DNA of 64,000 bases from Octopus vulgaris (GCA_951406725.2 OX597818.1:15748001-15812000); one strand, 5' to 3'. Shown: positions 12,790-24,940, numbered from the stretch's first letter. Notes: generated from the letters alone by a model not told the origin. Made by a program: numbers and translations.

Positions 12790-13353
12790 TAACCCAGTAC
12801 ATCATATCGAATGATCGAGCCGTCGGCGACTAAACCGACAACCCTATCCAAGCCAAACAGGCTTGGAGGTTAGTTTTCAATGGGCGCCCATCGGGATAAA
12901 AAACAAAACTGTCATACGGTGAATGAACGGCCACCCAGCGTTTGCGAGACACAGCGAGACGAAAACGCCCTAATCAATGACAAAGTGGACAGTGGTGATT
13001 TCATCTCGACAATGCACCTTTGCACACTGCCTCGAGTGTTAGACAGTTTTTTAACCAAAAATGGTATGACCCCGTTTATTCACCCGATCTTGCTCCCTGC
13101 AACTTTTTTTTTGTACCCCCGAATGAAAAAGTCCTAAAAGGAAAACGTTTTACAGATATGGGAAAAAAACGGCGGAGGCGTTAAAAGGCATCACTTCGCA
13201 AGAGTTCCAGGACTCCTTGGAACAGTGGAAAACATCTGGACTGATGCATTACTTCAAATAGTGAATACTTTGAAGGCGATAAAAATATAAACATGTAAAA
13301 GTACGTGAATAAAATAATATTGCAAAATTCCGGTTTCATTTGAGTACTCCCTC
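12790..13353 (+). mobile_element. Internally deleted mariner-family remnant
   Basis: PDLAPCNFFL-like coding remnant at about 13083 and a terminal tactccctcg motif. Confidence 0.65.
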
Positions 13354-13505
13354 GTGTTTGTGTGTGTATATATGTATATATATATATATATATCCTACGA
13401 TGATCCGGTTCTTGACTGAAGACTGAGGGTTTCGAATGTCCTGTCCGTGTTTATTGTATCGTCTTCTAAGAGTTATACGTTCTTGTCCATGTTGTATTTT
13501 TCTAC

Positions 13506-13562
<57 letters not shown>

Positions 13563-13577
13563 ATATGTATATATGTG

Positions 13578-13620
<43 letters not shown>

Positions 13621-14379
13621 CCTGTTTTTTATTAACAGTTATATATATGTATATATCCTCGTTAACACGCCGCTAGTATTTATAGAGTGTTAAACACTTT
13701 TGGTATGCAAATTAGGGACTCCTTCATAGAGTAACTGTTGCATTTGTTGAGTATATAAACAGTTTGACTGCTTGTTTCTCTGGAGACGGTCAGAATGATG
13801 TAGACGCCTCTTCGAAAATCGATTGAGGTTGTCATTTTTTTTTTTTTAGTCTGCGGAGAAGTGGCTAAAATTTGCCCAGTTTATAATTATATCATATATT
13901 ACATATATATTATTTTCATTAATATCTAGCAGAAGCAACAGAGTGGCTCAAGACCCGAGAGTTTCGTGCATTGGTATTTATATATATACTTTGATAGGTT
14001 TCGGCCAGCATTGACCCAAGCCATGTCTAACTTAATAGCACCACATATATATATATATAGATTGTATTTGGCTACTGAAAGAGAATTTTTCAAACTATAA
14101 TATCAAATGAAAGATTGCTAAATGAACACGGCCTTATAAAACTGTCAATGCAGGCGTGACTGTGTGGTTAAGAAGCTCGCTTTGCAATCACGAGATTTTA
14201 GGTTCAATCCCGCTGCACACCATCTTGAACATGTGTCCTCCATTATAACCTCCAGCTTATCAATATCTTGTGAGTAAATTTGACAGAAACTGTGAGGGAG
14301 CCCGTTGTTTCTCTGTTTATATATGGAATACTCAGAATATATAGGCATGTTTATTGTGTGTGTGTACGCATGAGTTAAT

Positions 14380-14726
14380 AAAAGGTAAAGGCCCGCCTTC
14401 GGTCATGAATGACTTTGGGATTGCACCTAGAAAGTACTCCTTCGAGGCACAAGTCCGGGCAAGTTTCTTTTTATGGAAGACCAGCAGTTGTCCATGCATA
14501 CCAGTCTCCTCTCTGCACGCCACCGATGTCATCCAAGGGAAGAGAAAAGGCCGATACAGCTCGGCACCAGTGACATCGCAACTCATTTCTACAGATGAGT
14601 GAACTGGAGCAACTTGAAATAAAGTGTCTTGTTCAAGAACACAACACACAGCCTGGTCCGGAAACCGAACTAACTACTTCGTGATTGTGAGCCTGGCGTT
14701 CTAACCACTGAACCATGCGCCTTCAC
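14380..14726 (-). mobile_element. SINE of another family (3' part also at about 6440-6675 on +)
   Basis: tRNA-like head on the minus strand, about 230 bp of homology to 6440-6675, and a (ccttta)-type tail. Confidence 0.75.
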
Positions 14727-14739
14727 AATATGTATATAT

Positions 14740-17097
14740 GGGTGTGTATTGAAAGAGTGACATTTCGAAAAGTGAGATAACAGAAGAGTGACAAATCTAA
14801 ATAAAAAAAACATTAACTGTTAAGTAGCTATCCTATTCGGGACGGGTTCGAACTTAAAACTGTTCCGATCGTAATTGACTTCATGGTTCTGTAATGATAT
14901 TAAGTGACTTAATAAGGCGGCGAGCTGGCAGAAACGTTAGCGCGCCGGGCGAAATGCCTAGCGATATTTCGTCTGCCATTACGCTCTGAGTTCAAATTCC
15001 GCCGAGGTCGACTTTGCTTTTCATCTTTTCGGGGTCGATAAATTAAGTACCAGTTACGCACTAGGGTTGATGTAATCGACTTAATCCGTTTGTCTGTCCT
15101 TGTTTGTCCTCTCTGCGTTTAGCCCCTTGTGGGTAGTAAAGAAATAGATATTAAGTGACTAAACCGTCACTTAACCGTAACCGTTAAAATAAAAGTGTTA
15201 GGGGGTTTTTAGGAAAATAGTTCAGTTGACTCTGGAGCTTTTGGCCGTTTATTGTATTGTTAATAGCGAAGTTTTGTTTTTTGTTTTTTTTTATTATCGT
15301 CTTGCCCATAATGGATAAAATTGAATTTGTCAAATCCCAGAAAAGTAAAAATAAACTATCCTTTAAGGAACACATTTACCGACGCCAGCGATCCCGAGAC
15401 CAGAATCGTTACTTCAGGTGCGAGGACAAAAGTTGTAGTGGTTCTGTAACCCTTCGTGGAATTCCACTTTTTAATGCACATGGTGGCTGTATATCCGAGG
15501 GAAAGGTACAAAATCATGCACTGCTGGCAGGGAGAAAAGAAGTAATACAAGCTCTTGATGAATTGAAAAGTGAGGCTAGAGCCACAAATTCTACACCAGC
15601 GGCAATTATGCAGGAAACTCAACAGAAACTAGATATAAAACGATGCCGTTGAAATGCCAAATACATTAGCTATGAGGCAATTTATTCATCGCATTCGTAA
15701 AAATGAATTTCCAGTGGAATCAAATTCTGCGATAGATTTGATAATCCCAAAGAACTTAAAGGTCACGCAAAGTGGGGAAAGAAACTTGCTTTTGTTTGAC
15801 ACGAAGATAGACAGCGACACTTTGAATGAACGAATCGAAAAGGGTGAGGACTAGGAAAAGGACGAGCTCCATGAGAGAATTATATCTTTCGGTAATGAAG
15901 ATTATTTACGAAGATTAGCCGACTCTGATATCTGGCTTTTAGATGGAACATTTAAAACTTGTCCACGACTTTTCTATCAGTTATATAGTGTTCATTACAG
16001 GTTCGAAGAGCAAATTTTCCCAGCTATTTACGTGTTGCTGACTGGAAAAACAGCACATATATATTCATCAATGGTAGAACACTTTCGGTTGCAGAAGCAA
16101 AAGGAATTCGGTTAAACCCAACATTCATTGTAGTAGATTTTGAGTTGTCTAACATCAAAGCCCTCCTGAAGTTAGAATATCGGGATGCTTTTTCACTTAT
16201 GTCAAAGTATTTACCTAAGTATTCAAAAGAACGGCCTTGTTGATGCATAATGAAAATAATGAGGTTAGCCTTAAGATTACGATGCATATTTAGATCTCTC
16301 GGATAACATTCCAAATTAAGCTGAACCAGTTTATAAATATTTTGGTGATGCCTATGTGCTAGGTAGACCCATAGTTTCACGAAGTAGAGGAAGAATACGA
16401 CAAAACCAAGTACGTTATCCCCCACGATTTGATCCAACTGTGTGGAGCAGTTATTTATCACTTGAAGGCGTACAATCTCCCAAGGACGAACAATGGTGTA
16501 GAGGCTTGGCACATGAGATTTGAAACAGTTGTCGAACGATAATCGATACCATCATCGATTATACTCGAACGAGTATAATCGATGATGAGTGAGTTCATAA
16601 AAAAATCATCACACAGACCAAGAGGTACAGCGTTTAATTTCAGGGATTAATTCGAGAAAAAAGAAGAGAGGAGAAATTCAAAGAGAAAATAGTCCTGCAA
16701 CAGTTTTAGGTAGATAGGGAACCGTCTCTTTAAATGAATATATCAGAGGAATTGCTCACAATTTAGATTTTGGTTCACGCAGTAGTATGTTTACGTATTA
16801 TTCAATTGTAGATTTTTTTTTTAAATAAAGGTTATAAGTATTTTTGGAGGATATTTTATGTTTACATATTATTCAACTGTATATTCTTTTTTTAAAAAAA
16901 GGGTTTTTAAGTATTATTATATGATATTTTTTTTAAACTACTTTTATACTGATGTGTGTAAATCTTTTTATCAGACAGAATACAAACCCTCGGGGCTCTA
17001 ACTTAGGATTGACATATAAACATAAAAGCAAAATAAAATAATAACTTAAAACATGTTATGTCACTCTTCTGATACGTCACTCTTTTGAAAGGATCCC
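14740..17097 (+). mobile_element. Mutator/MULE DNA transposon, decayed
   Basis: Transposase pieces from ATG 15311: FLYWCH-like YRRQ..YFRCEDKSCSG..NH, IWLLDGTFKTCPRLFYQLYSVH and RTNNGVEAWH, broken by stops and frameshifts. Inverted subterminal aagagtgac repeats at about 14752-14793 and 17060-17090. No clear TSD. Confidence 0.82.
14910..15146 (+). mobile_element. tRNA-headed SINE (Deu/Nin-domain-like) nested in the MULE, with a 14-bp TSD
   Basis: gatattaagtgact is duplicated at 14896-14909 and 15147-15160. A/B-box-like head (gagttcaaattcc) and a ttcatcttttcggggtcgataaattaagtacc central block. Confidence 0.85.
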
Positions 17098-18439
17098 ATA
17101 TGTATGTCATTGTTCAGATTTATTTCAAGATTTCTTGCCAATAGAGAAGGAGCTGGTTTCTAACCTAGATCTAAGGCATCTTCATTGGAATTTCAACATC
17201 ATCAACAGGGTATTTTTGCATGTATGTATGTATGTATGTATGTATGTATGTATGTATGTATGTATCTAAGTATGTATGTGTGTGTATGTTGTTTTCTGAA
17301 CGTACACGTATATGCTGTACTTGCTGAAGATCTAATCTATGGCTTCCGTCTGTCATTATTGACCATGGATGAAGTGCGCCAACAGCAGTCTCCGTCACAC
17401 AACTCGCACTTGTGGGTTGTCGTGTTGCTGTTTAAGTTGTAGTGTTCGTTTCTAGCGATCTGCCTCTCTTCCGCTGCATTCATCGAGGCGTTCGATAGGA
17501 CCTAAAACCTAGGTAGTATGGCACAGAGAACAGGCTATACCTCATGATGGATCCAAAAAGATCAGCACAGCCATTACGATTTGGCCCCATCATCGTCACA
17601 GGAGTTGCCAAAAATAAGTTCTAGACAGGGGTTCTAACTCCAGTTTTTTTTTCTCAGATTTTCCTCCCGAAGCGCTTCCCATGGTTGCGTATGATCGCAA
17701 AGCTGCGGAGAAATCAAGATTTTCTTTCCCTAGATGGGTCACCCCACTCCAAGCTAACGAACACCATCTTCCCGACCAACTTACTTATTTGCCCCTAGCT
17801 GGGACCCTAAAAGGTGCTACAACTCCAGATCAGTATAATCATGGAAACAATAGTGGGTAAGAGATGGTTCCACATTGCTCAAAAAACCTGGAATGCCGAA
17901 CCAGGACCCCACTATAACACTGAAATTTACCCGGAATTATCAATCATCGTACTGCCATATTCAGAAAATATATAAATTATATATAATAGTATATACACAC
18001 TTGTACAGGCATATATTCGCACTCGCCACATACATGAATACGCATATATGTACATATGTATAGAGGTACATATATATACATATACACACACCCCTATCAA
18101 TCAACACACCTACAACAGCAGATATACAAACGTATGTACATGTATATACGTATAAAGGAAGCAGACATGTGCATGACAGTCGCCCTTATGCACCGGATAA
18201 GTCTTACACTCATATACATACACACGTACACATATATACAGACGCACAAACATACGCATTTAATATATACTTATATATATACTTATACTCACACGCGTAT
18301 ACAATCACACAATTAAAAATGGAAAAAATGAAATATATGTATATATATATATATAAAACAATAAAAAGTGTTAAGACAAATGGAAGGCTTGTACAGGGAC
18401 ATAAAAAAGGAGGTTCTATCCGTGATCTTGGTGGTCCAA

Positions 18440-19250
18440 AACCGTAACAAGTATTTTGTCATACGTGGACATGATCCAAAAAGTTCAGTTCTTGAATTTA
18501 GACATGTAGCGGGGTTTAAGGAACTTCTCTAGATGAACCATCTTTCCATATCACAAAAACCGCACTTCCCACTGAATCTTATAGCTGATACCTTGTTCTT
18601 TTAAGAACCATATATTAATTTGGCTGTTTTTCTTTTATCCCAGGGTCTGAAGCTTAAGGTGTGGTTATTGAACCTAGCTTCAAAATTTCCCCCTGTAAGA
18701 CCCACATATTTCTTTGACGGAGCTGTGTCCTTAGCGGTCGTAGACTCCACGGTGGCTTCATAAATAATGGTCTCGGTCATACAGGCTCCATTTAGCGGGC
18801 ACAAGTCTTTATCTCTGCGGGAACAGCTGGCTTTGTGTTGTTGTTGTTTTTTTTTGTGTGTGTGTTATGTGCAATTATATTTTTAAAATTTGTGGTTGAA
18901 CTAAAACTAATTTTTAGGTTATGGCTATTAAAAATTTCCTATATCTATGATTTATTGGAAAGTGCCTTTCTATAAGTGACAAGAAGTATTTACCTATATT
19001 AAAGGTCACTTCGGAGGAGTAAGCGGGGTGTGAACCAGATCATTTTCCTGTGTCTATGTTTTCTTTTCTTTATTTCTGGACTAATAACAGGTGTATAAGC
19101 TGTTTCTTCTTTAAATCGATTATCTTTAAGAGCTTTATTATATAATGGGGCAACATTATTAAATATGTCTATATCGGAGGAGAGGCTAGATATTCTCCCA
19201 CTAATATTCTTAACTAAATTCTTAAACACTATGAGGTGGGTGGCAGGAAC
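18440..19250 (-). mobile_element. Penelope-like retroelement remnant (RT C-terminus, Cys linker, GIY-YIG endonuclease; Neptune-like)
   Basis: Frameshifted fragments NISGRISSLSSDIDIFNNVAPLYNKAL...RKMIWF and CPLNGACMTETIIYEATV...KKYVGLTGGNFEARFNNHTLSF. Confidence 0.85.
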
Positions 19251-19784
19251 CTACATTAATATAACTAAATCTATCGTTGGACTTCCTACATACGTACACA
19301 CTCACAGTGTGTACGTATGCAGATTTTACGAACGCAGGTTTTTTTCTATGGTGAGAATGTGGATGCGTGTATTTTTTTTAAATTTTTATTTTTTTTATAT
19401 TTTATATCCTTTATATTTTATCATACCTATTAGAGTAACTTCCCTTTTTGCTTCGGCATTTGAAACTCTGAGTTCTATTATGACAACTTACTGATTGTCC
19501 TGTACTATATATGTGTGTATGTACGTATGTATGTATGTATGTATGTATGTATGTATGTATGTATGTATGTATGTATGTATTATGCATGTATGTATGTATT
19601 ATGCATGTATTATGTATGTATGTATGTATGTATGCATGTATGTATGTATGTATGCATGTATGTATGTAATTATATCTAGAATTTTTATAGAAAACTTTTT
19701 CAGTGATCTCGGTTGTTAACAGCTAGGCGCTCAACCAAACATACTGACAAGATGTAGCGATATTTTAAAATTTCGTCACATGTG

Positions 19785-19860
19785 AATCTAGCTAATGAGG
19801 ACTAATCAAATTTACGATAACAACCGTGTTTTGTAAAGTCCGAAACTCGAGTCCTAGATT
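19785..19860 (+). ncRNA. Minimal type-I hammerhead ribozyme motif (G5 to A core change)
   Basis: aatctag CTAATGA ggact...agtcc GAAAC tcga GTC ctagatt: 7-bp stem I, 5-bp stem II, palindromic stem III ACTCGAGT, GUC site. Confidence 0.8.
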
Positions 19861-20151
19861 ATCAATTCTGAGTTATTCATTTTTACGATGTTTTGCCTTG
19901 ACGTAAGACAAAAAATGTTTATGTTCGCTGCCCGCATACATCTTTGCCGGTATATATTTCAGTGAAGCTTTACATAGCATCGTATATATATATATATAAA
20001 TGAAAGAATGGAGTCGAACGAAGATGTTAACGAAATTCTGTTACCAAAATTCTGTTAACAAAATGTTTCTGACACGAATTTGCTACCCTGGTATCGGTTC
20101 AACGAATTTTCCATGCTGACGATAAACATAGGATAATTCATTCACCTATTG

Positions 20152-20199
<48 letters not shown>

Positions 20200-20202
20200 C
20201 AT

Positions 20203-20266
<64 letters not shown>

Positions 20267-20427
20267 GATATTAGCCAACCGAATATGGCTAGGGACAGGG
20301 CAGGGTGGTGGGGGTGTCACTGTTGCATTTAGCCCCAGGCGAACATCAACGTCACCAGATAGGCCTGACGCCATCACGGCGTCCTCTATCTTGCAAAGGG
20401 AGATCATCCACCAAGAAGCAGATACCA

Positions 20428-20473
20428 CACACGGACCTAGGTTTCAAGGTGTATTGCCTATTATCAACGTGTG
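20428..20473 (-). ncRNA. Identical inverted copy of the U3-A8 hammerhead motif
   Basis: Exact reverse complement of 20660-20705, inside an inverted duplication. Confidence 0.72.
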
Positions 20474-20659
20474 GTAGGCATCGCTTCTCGATGAACGACC
20501 AACTATGCAAGATATATATAAGGATTTTCAAGTAAATACATTTACTGATTTCGAAAATCTGTTCGACAGCAATAATAATTCTCTAAATGAGATATAGACA
20601 GTGACTGCTCCGTAATATAAGGGATATTAGCCAACCGAATATGGCTAAGCGATGCCTAC

Positions 20660-20705
20660 CACACGTTGATAATAGGCAATACACCTTGAAACCTAGGTCC
20701 GTGTG
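20660..20705 (+). ncRNA. Minimal type-I hammerhead motif with U3-A8 core
   Basis: cacacg TTGATAA tagg caataca cctt GAAAC ctag GTC cgtgtg: 6-bp stem I and palindromic stem III ACCTAGGT. Confidence 0.72.
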
Positions 20706-21043
20706 TGGTATCTGCTTCTTGGTGGATGATCTCCCTTTGCAAGATAGAGGACGCCGTGATGGCGTCAGGCCTATCTGGTGACGTTGATGTTCGCCTGGGG
20801 CTAAATGCAACAGTGACACCCCCACCACCCTGCCCTGTCCCTAGCCATATTCGGTTGGCTAATATCCCTTATATTACGGAGCAGTCACTGTCTATATCTC
20901 ATTTAGAGAATTATTATTGCTATATATATATATATATATATTAATAGTAATGGTATGACAACAAAAGAATAAATGAGACTTCGATATTATGTAAATAGAG
21001 GAATTTATCTGTAATAAAGCATGTGACAATTATTCAGTTGCCA

Positions 21044-21105
21044 TAATAAAACTCCGAGTTTCGGATGTCGGGCGGAAATCTGCTCCGGCGTCTCGTCAGT
21101 TATCA
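21044..21105 (-). ncRNA. Type-I hammerhead motif with intact CUGACGA/GAAAC core
   Basis: Minus strand: tgataa CTGACGA gacgccgg...ccgacatcc GAAAC tcgga GTT ttatta. Stem I is 6 bp (one G-U), stem II is long and imperfect, the site is GUU. Confidence 0.75.
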
Positions 21106-23423
21106 AGGCAATCAAAAAATGCTATGAAAATGACCGTTAAACAAGGGGAAATTACTATGTGATTGACCGCTATTAAGACAAAAGAGCTATTAGAATGACC
21201 GTTAAATAAGGGGAAATAACCGAAGGGGAGTAAATAAAAAGGTAAAAAAGTAAAAATGCCATAGAAATCGCGTATGCGTGCATGTACATACATACACATG
21301 CGCGCACGTACACCCACGTACATGTGCCTATATGCATATGCTCACTCACACTCGCGTGAAACACATACATGCACACCCACACATACGCCTATATATGCAC
21401 ATATATATGCAACCATACATGTACACATATACATATCTGCACATACCTATACGCACACGTGCACATACCTATACGCGCACAATCATATTCATATACACGT
21501 CTAAAATATGCACATAAGTAGATGTTTGATTTCGATGTGATAGCATCGAACTCTTACTTTTGACTCCATTTATTCTTTCTTTTTTTATTTTTCACACGCG
21601 TGGAAAGCCTAAGCCTAGAAGCAGGTGTATTAGTTTGACGGTCGGGAAGGTGATAAAGTCTTTTACGTTTCAACAGACAAGAACATTAGAAAATAGGAAA
21701 AGCTTTTAGAGTTAGCAGTCAATCATGGCGACTGGTAGAACAAAGGTAGTTAGACAGGAGAGCTAGGAAGAAAGGGTGATAATAAAGTATCAGTGGTCCC
21801 AAAACGAAGGTGCGCGTGCGTATGTGTATATATTAGTGTGTGTGTGCGTGTGGATAGGGGCTGATGACTTTGACGTGTAGATGTGTGCGTGTGTGCGTGT
21901 GTGTGTGTGCGTCTGTAATGTGTGGGTGTGTGGATGATGGTGTGGGTGCTGGTAAGTGGTCAGTGCTAATGTGTGCGGAGTGGTGTGGGGTGGTGTGATG
22001 TGGTGTGGTGGTGTGTGGTATGATGTGGCGGTGTTGGGGTGTGGGGATGTCAGGGTGGGGTGTCAGTTTGGGATACACACACACTCACAAAACCCACACA
22101 CACAAGGATTGAACCGATGTAAGGGGGATAATTCTGCCTCGCCTAAGACAGTATCGGTAGGCTTTCGTTCCACTTGTTGAGAGCTTATGTACTTCCAGCC
22201 ATTTCAGGTAATCGCCTTATAGGAGCGAAACCAATTGTCACTCTCTGACTGTCCATAACAAACTACCTTCTAACATATATGTGTGCGCGTGCGCACACTA
22301 GAATGTGACGAAGATAAAGTGTAAGCACCCCACCCACTTATGTTTTTTTTTGTTTTTTTTTTTTTAATTCTTCGGATTCCCATGTTTTCAATATAGATTA
22401 CGGTTTTGCAAAAAGTGCACGTTTCACAATTTTAATTTCCCTCTCCGCAACCTAATTTTTTAAGTTTTCACTTATTTCGAAATACTCTTTTTTATTTTTT
22501 TTTCTAATCCACGCAGAAAAAAAAAACGGAGATTACAAACCTAAAAACATTTTTTTAAAAAATTTTTCTTTAAAAATACCGTATTCGCCTGTATCCCCAC
22601 CCACACACAAGCACACACCTCCCGACTTTCAAAAAGATAAAAATTCCATGTGTTTTACTTTTGACTGCTGTTACACGCAGACGAAAAAATATACTACCAC
22701 CACCGCCAGAAAGCCCGATATGCTAGAAACAACACCTAAATGTCTGGAAAATAATTTTCCCTCTCATTTAACGACCGTTTTCTCCCCTTTTCTAAGCATA
22801 AACTACGTAATCACCAGCAAAAAAAATTTTCTTTCGGGTGTTTTATATATTTTGTACGATTTCTGAAAAAAGTTCATTTAAAGTATATATTGAAGATCAG
22901 AACAAAAGATAGTTTATTTTTTATACCAAGCCACATATTATTTTCATGTTGTGTTTATATAGAAATAGCAAATAATAATTCATACTGAAGAGATCCGGGT
23001 CTCTGGGTAGTTACCCATCTTCAGCTTCTATGATAGCCTCACACTGACAAATGCCTTGTGCATGAAATTTAGGTAGACAAAAACTACATGAGAGCTTGGC
23101 AAACAGATAGAGAGAGAGAGAGAGGGTGAAAACGAGAGATATAAGTATGCAGGCAAGCATTGGGGCATAATGCAGCCCTTTGATGCATCAGATCCTCTCA
23201 ATCTATCCAATTCATGCCAGCATGGGACAGGGACATTAAATGATGGAGATGATGCACATGCATGCACACACACACACACATCTATACATATACATATACA
23301 TATACATAGATATATATTTATAGGATAGAGGTGACTGAGACAAATGAAGGAATGAAATACCGAAGAAACTCAGGTATAGGGTTGTGGTAGGTATGTCAGG
23401 TATGTGAGAGTATATATATACAC

Positions 23424-23516
<93 letters not shown>

Positions 23517-23558
23517 CATACATATATATATATACATATATATATATACATATATATA

Positions 23559-23621
<63 letters not shown>

Positions 23622-23625
<4 letters not shown>

Positions 23626-24400
23626 TAAAATATATTTGCCAACTAAATGTGGCAGTCACATAGAGGACAATGTTACCGTTATTTTTAGACCCAGGAAGAC
23701 ATCTTATCCAGCTGGCTGACAACATACTGTCTGTTTCCGATTAGTATGTGTAAGGGGAGGTCATCACTCCCATCTCTAGCCTTACATGGTACACTGAGAC
23801 TCAGGTTTCTGGGTAGTTACCCATCTTTAGTGTGTGATATTCACCAGTTAGTGATGAAAACTCAATCCACTCGCAAAATACTATATACTTTTTCCAGCGA
23901 CAAACTGTCACTGATCTCGAAAAGGAGAAATAAGCTACATTAAATCTCTGAGTGAGATATAAACAGTAGCAGTACAGAATCGTAAAATATATTTGCCAAC
24001 TAAATGTGGCAGTCCCATAGAGGATGATGTTAATATTTTTTGTTGGAAAATATATTTTACAATTCCATACTGTTACTGTTTACCTCTCACTCAGAGACTT
24101 AATATAGCTTATTTCTCCTTTATCGAGATCAGCGACAGTTTGACGCTGGAAAAAGCATTTAGTATTTTGTGAGTGGAATGAGTTTTCATTACTAACTGGT
24201 GATTATCACACACTTAAGATGGGTAACTACCCAGAAACCCGGGTCTCAGTTTATCATGTAAGGCTAGAGATGGGAGCGATGACCTCCCCTCACAAATACT
24301 AATAAGACACAGACTGTGTTGTTAGCCAGCTGGAGGAGATGTCTTCCTGGGGCTAAAAACAACAGTAACATCGTCCTCTTTGGAACTGCCACTTTTAGCT
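23622..24400. repeat. 357-bp unit with a partial tandem repeat and a diverged inverted copy
   Basis: atcgtaaaatatatttgccaac occurs at 23622 and 23979; an inverted homologue spans about 24042-24400. Confidence 0.9.
24208..24252 (+). ncRNA. Hammerhead-like motif in the 357-bp repeat family (further copies at 23791-23835 and 22985-23028 on the minus strand)
   Basis: CTTAAGA tgggt aact accca GAAAC ccgg GTC. The sister copies have CTAAAGA and CTGAAGA, so a canonical core can be pieced together from the three. Stem I is weak or bulged. Confidence 0.6.
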
Positions 24401-24622
24401 ATACCCAGTTGCTTTTCACCGTTAGCACCACCAAAAGTGAACAATATCAACTTTAAAGGCATGAAATTGAAAGGATCTTTTGAACATTGATGAAGAATTG
24501 GTTACAAATTTTCTGCTTGCTATGTTTTTGTAAAATTTTCTGTTTGTTGAGGTTTTATTAAATTTTTGAAATATGTGTGTGTGTGTGTGTGTGTGTAGAC
24601 AGACAGACAGACAGACTGACAG

Positions 24623-24701
<79 letters not shown>

Positions 24702-24895
24702 TCATCATCATCATCATCGTTTAACGTCTGTTTTCCGCGCTAGCACGGGTTGGACAGTTCGACCAGGGTCTGGGAAGCCAGATGGCTGCACCAGGCTCCA
24801 GTCTGATCTGGCAGTGTTTCTACAGCTGGATGCCCTTCCTAATGCCAACCACTCCATGAGTGTAGTGGATGCTTTTTACATGCCACCGGTACAGG

Positions 24896-24940
<45 letters not shown>

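Larger units (their letters stand above)
20261..20921. repeat. Nested inverted duplication
   Basis: About 20261-20485 is inverted at about 20647-20872, and 20568-20647 is inverted at 20842-20921. Confidence 0.93.

Noticed and set aside
13395-14030. Hammerhead-like half motifs (ctgaaga at 13417, ctggaga at about 13780, gtttcg at about 13961 and 13998)
   Set aside because: Only one core box each, with no consistent three-stem fold.
18420-22245. Further 3' half motifs (aaaaccgta at about 18438, gaaactctgagtt at 19462, tacgtttc at about 21664, gaaaccaattgtc at about 22227)
   Set aside because: The CUGANGA box is missing or deleted; likely pLTR debris, not callable as ribozymes.
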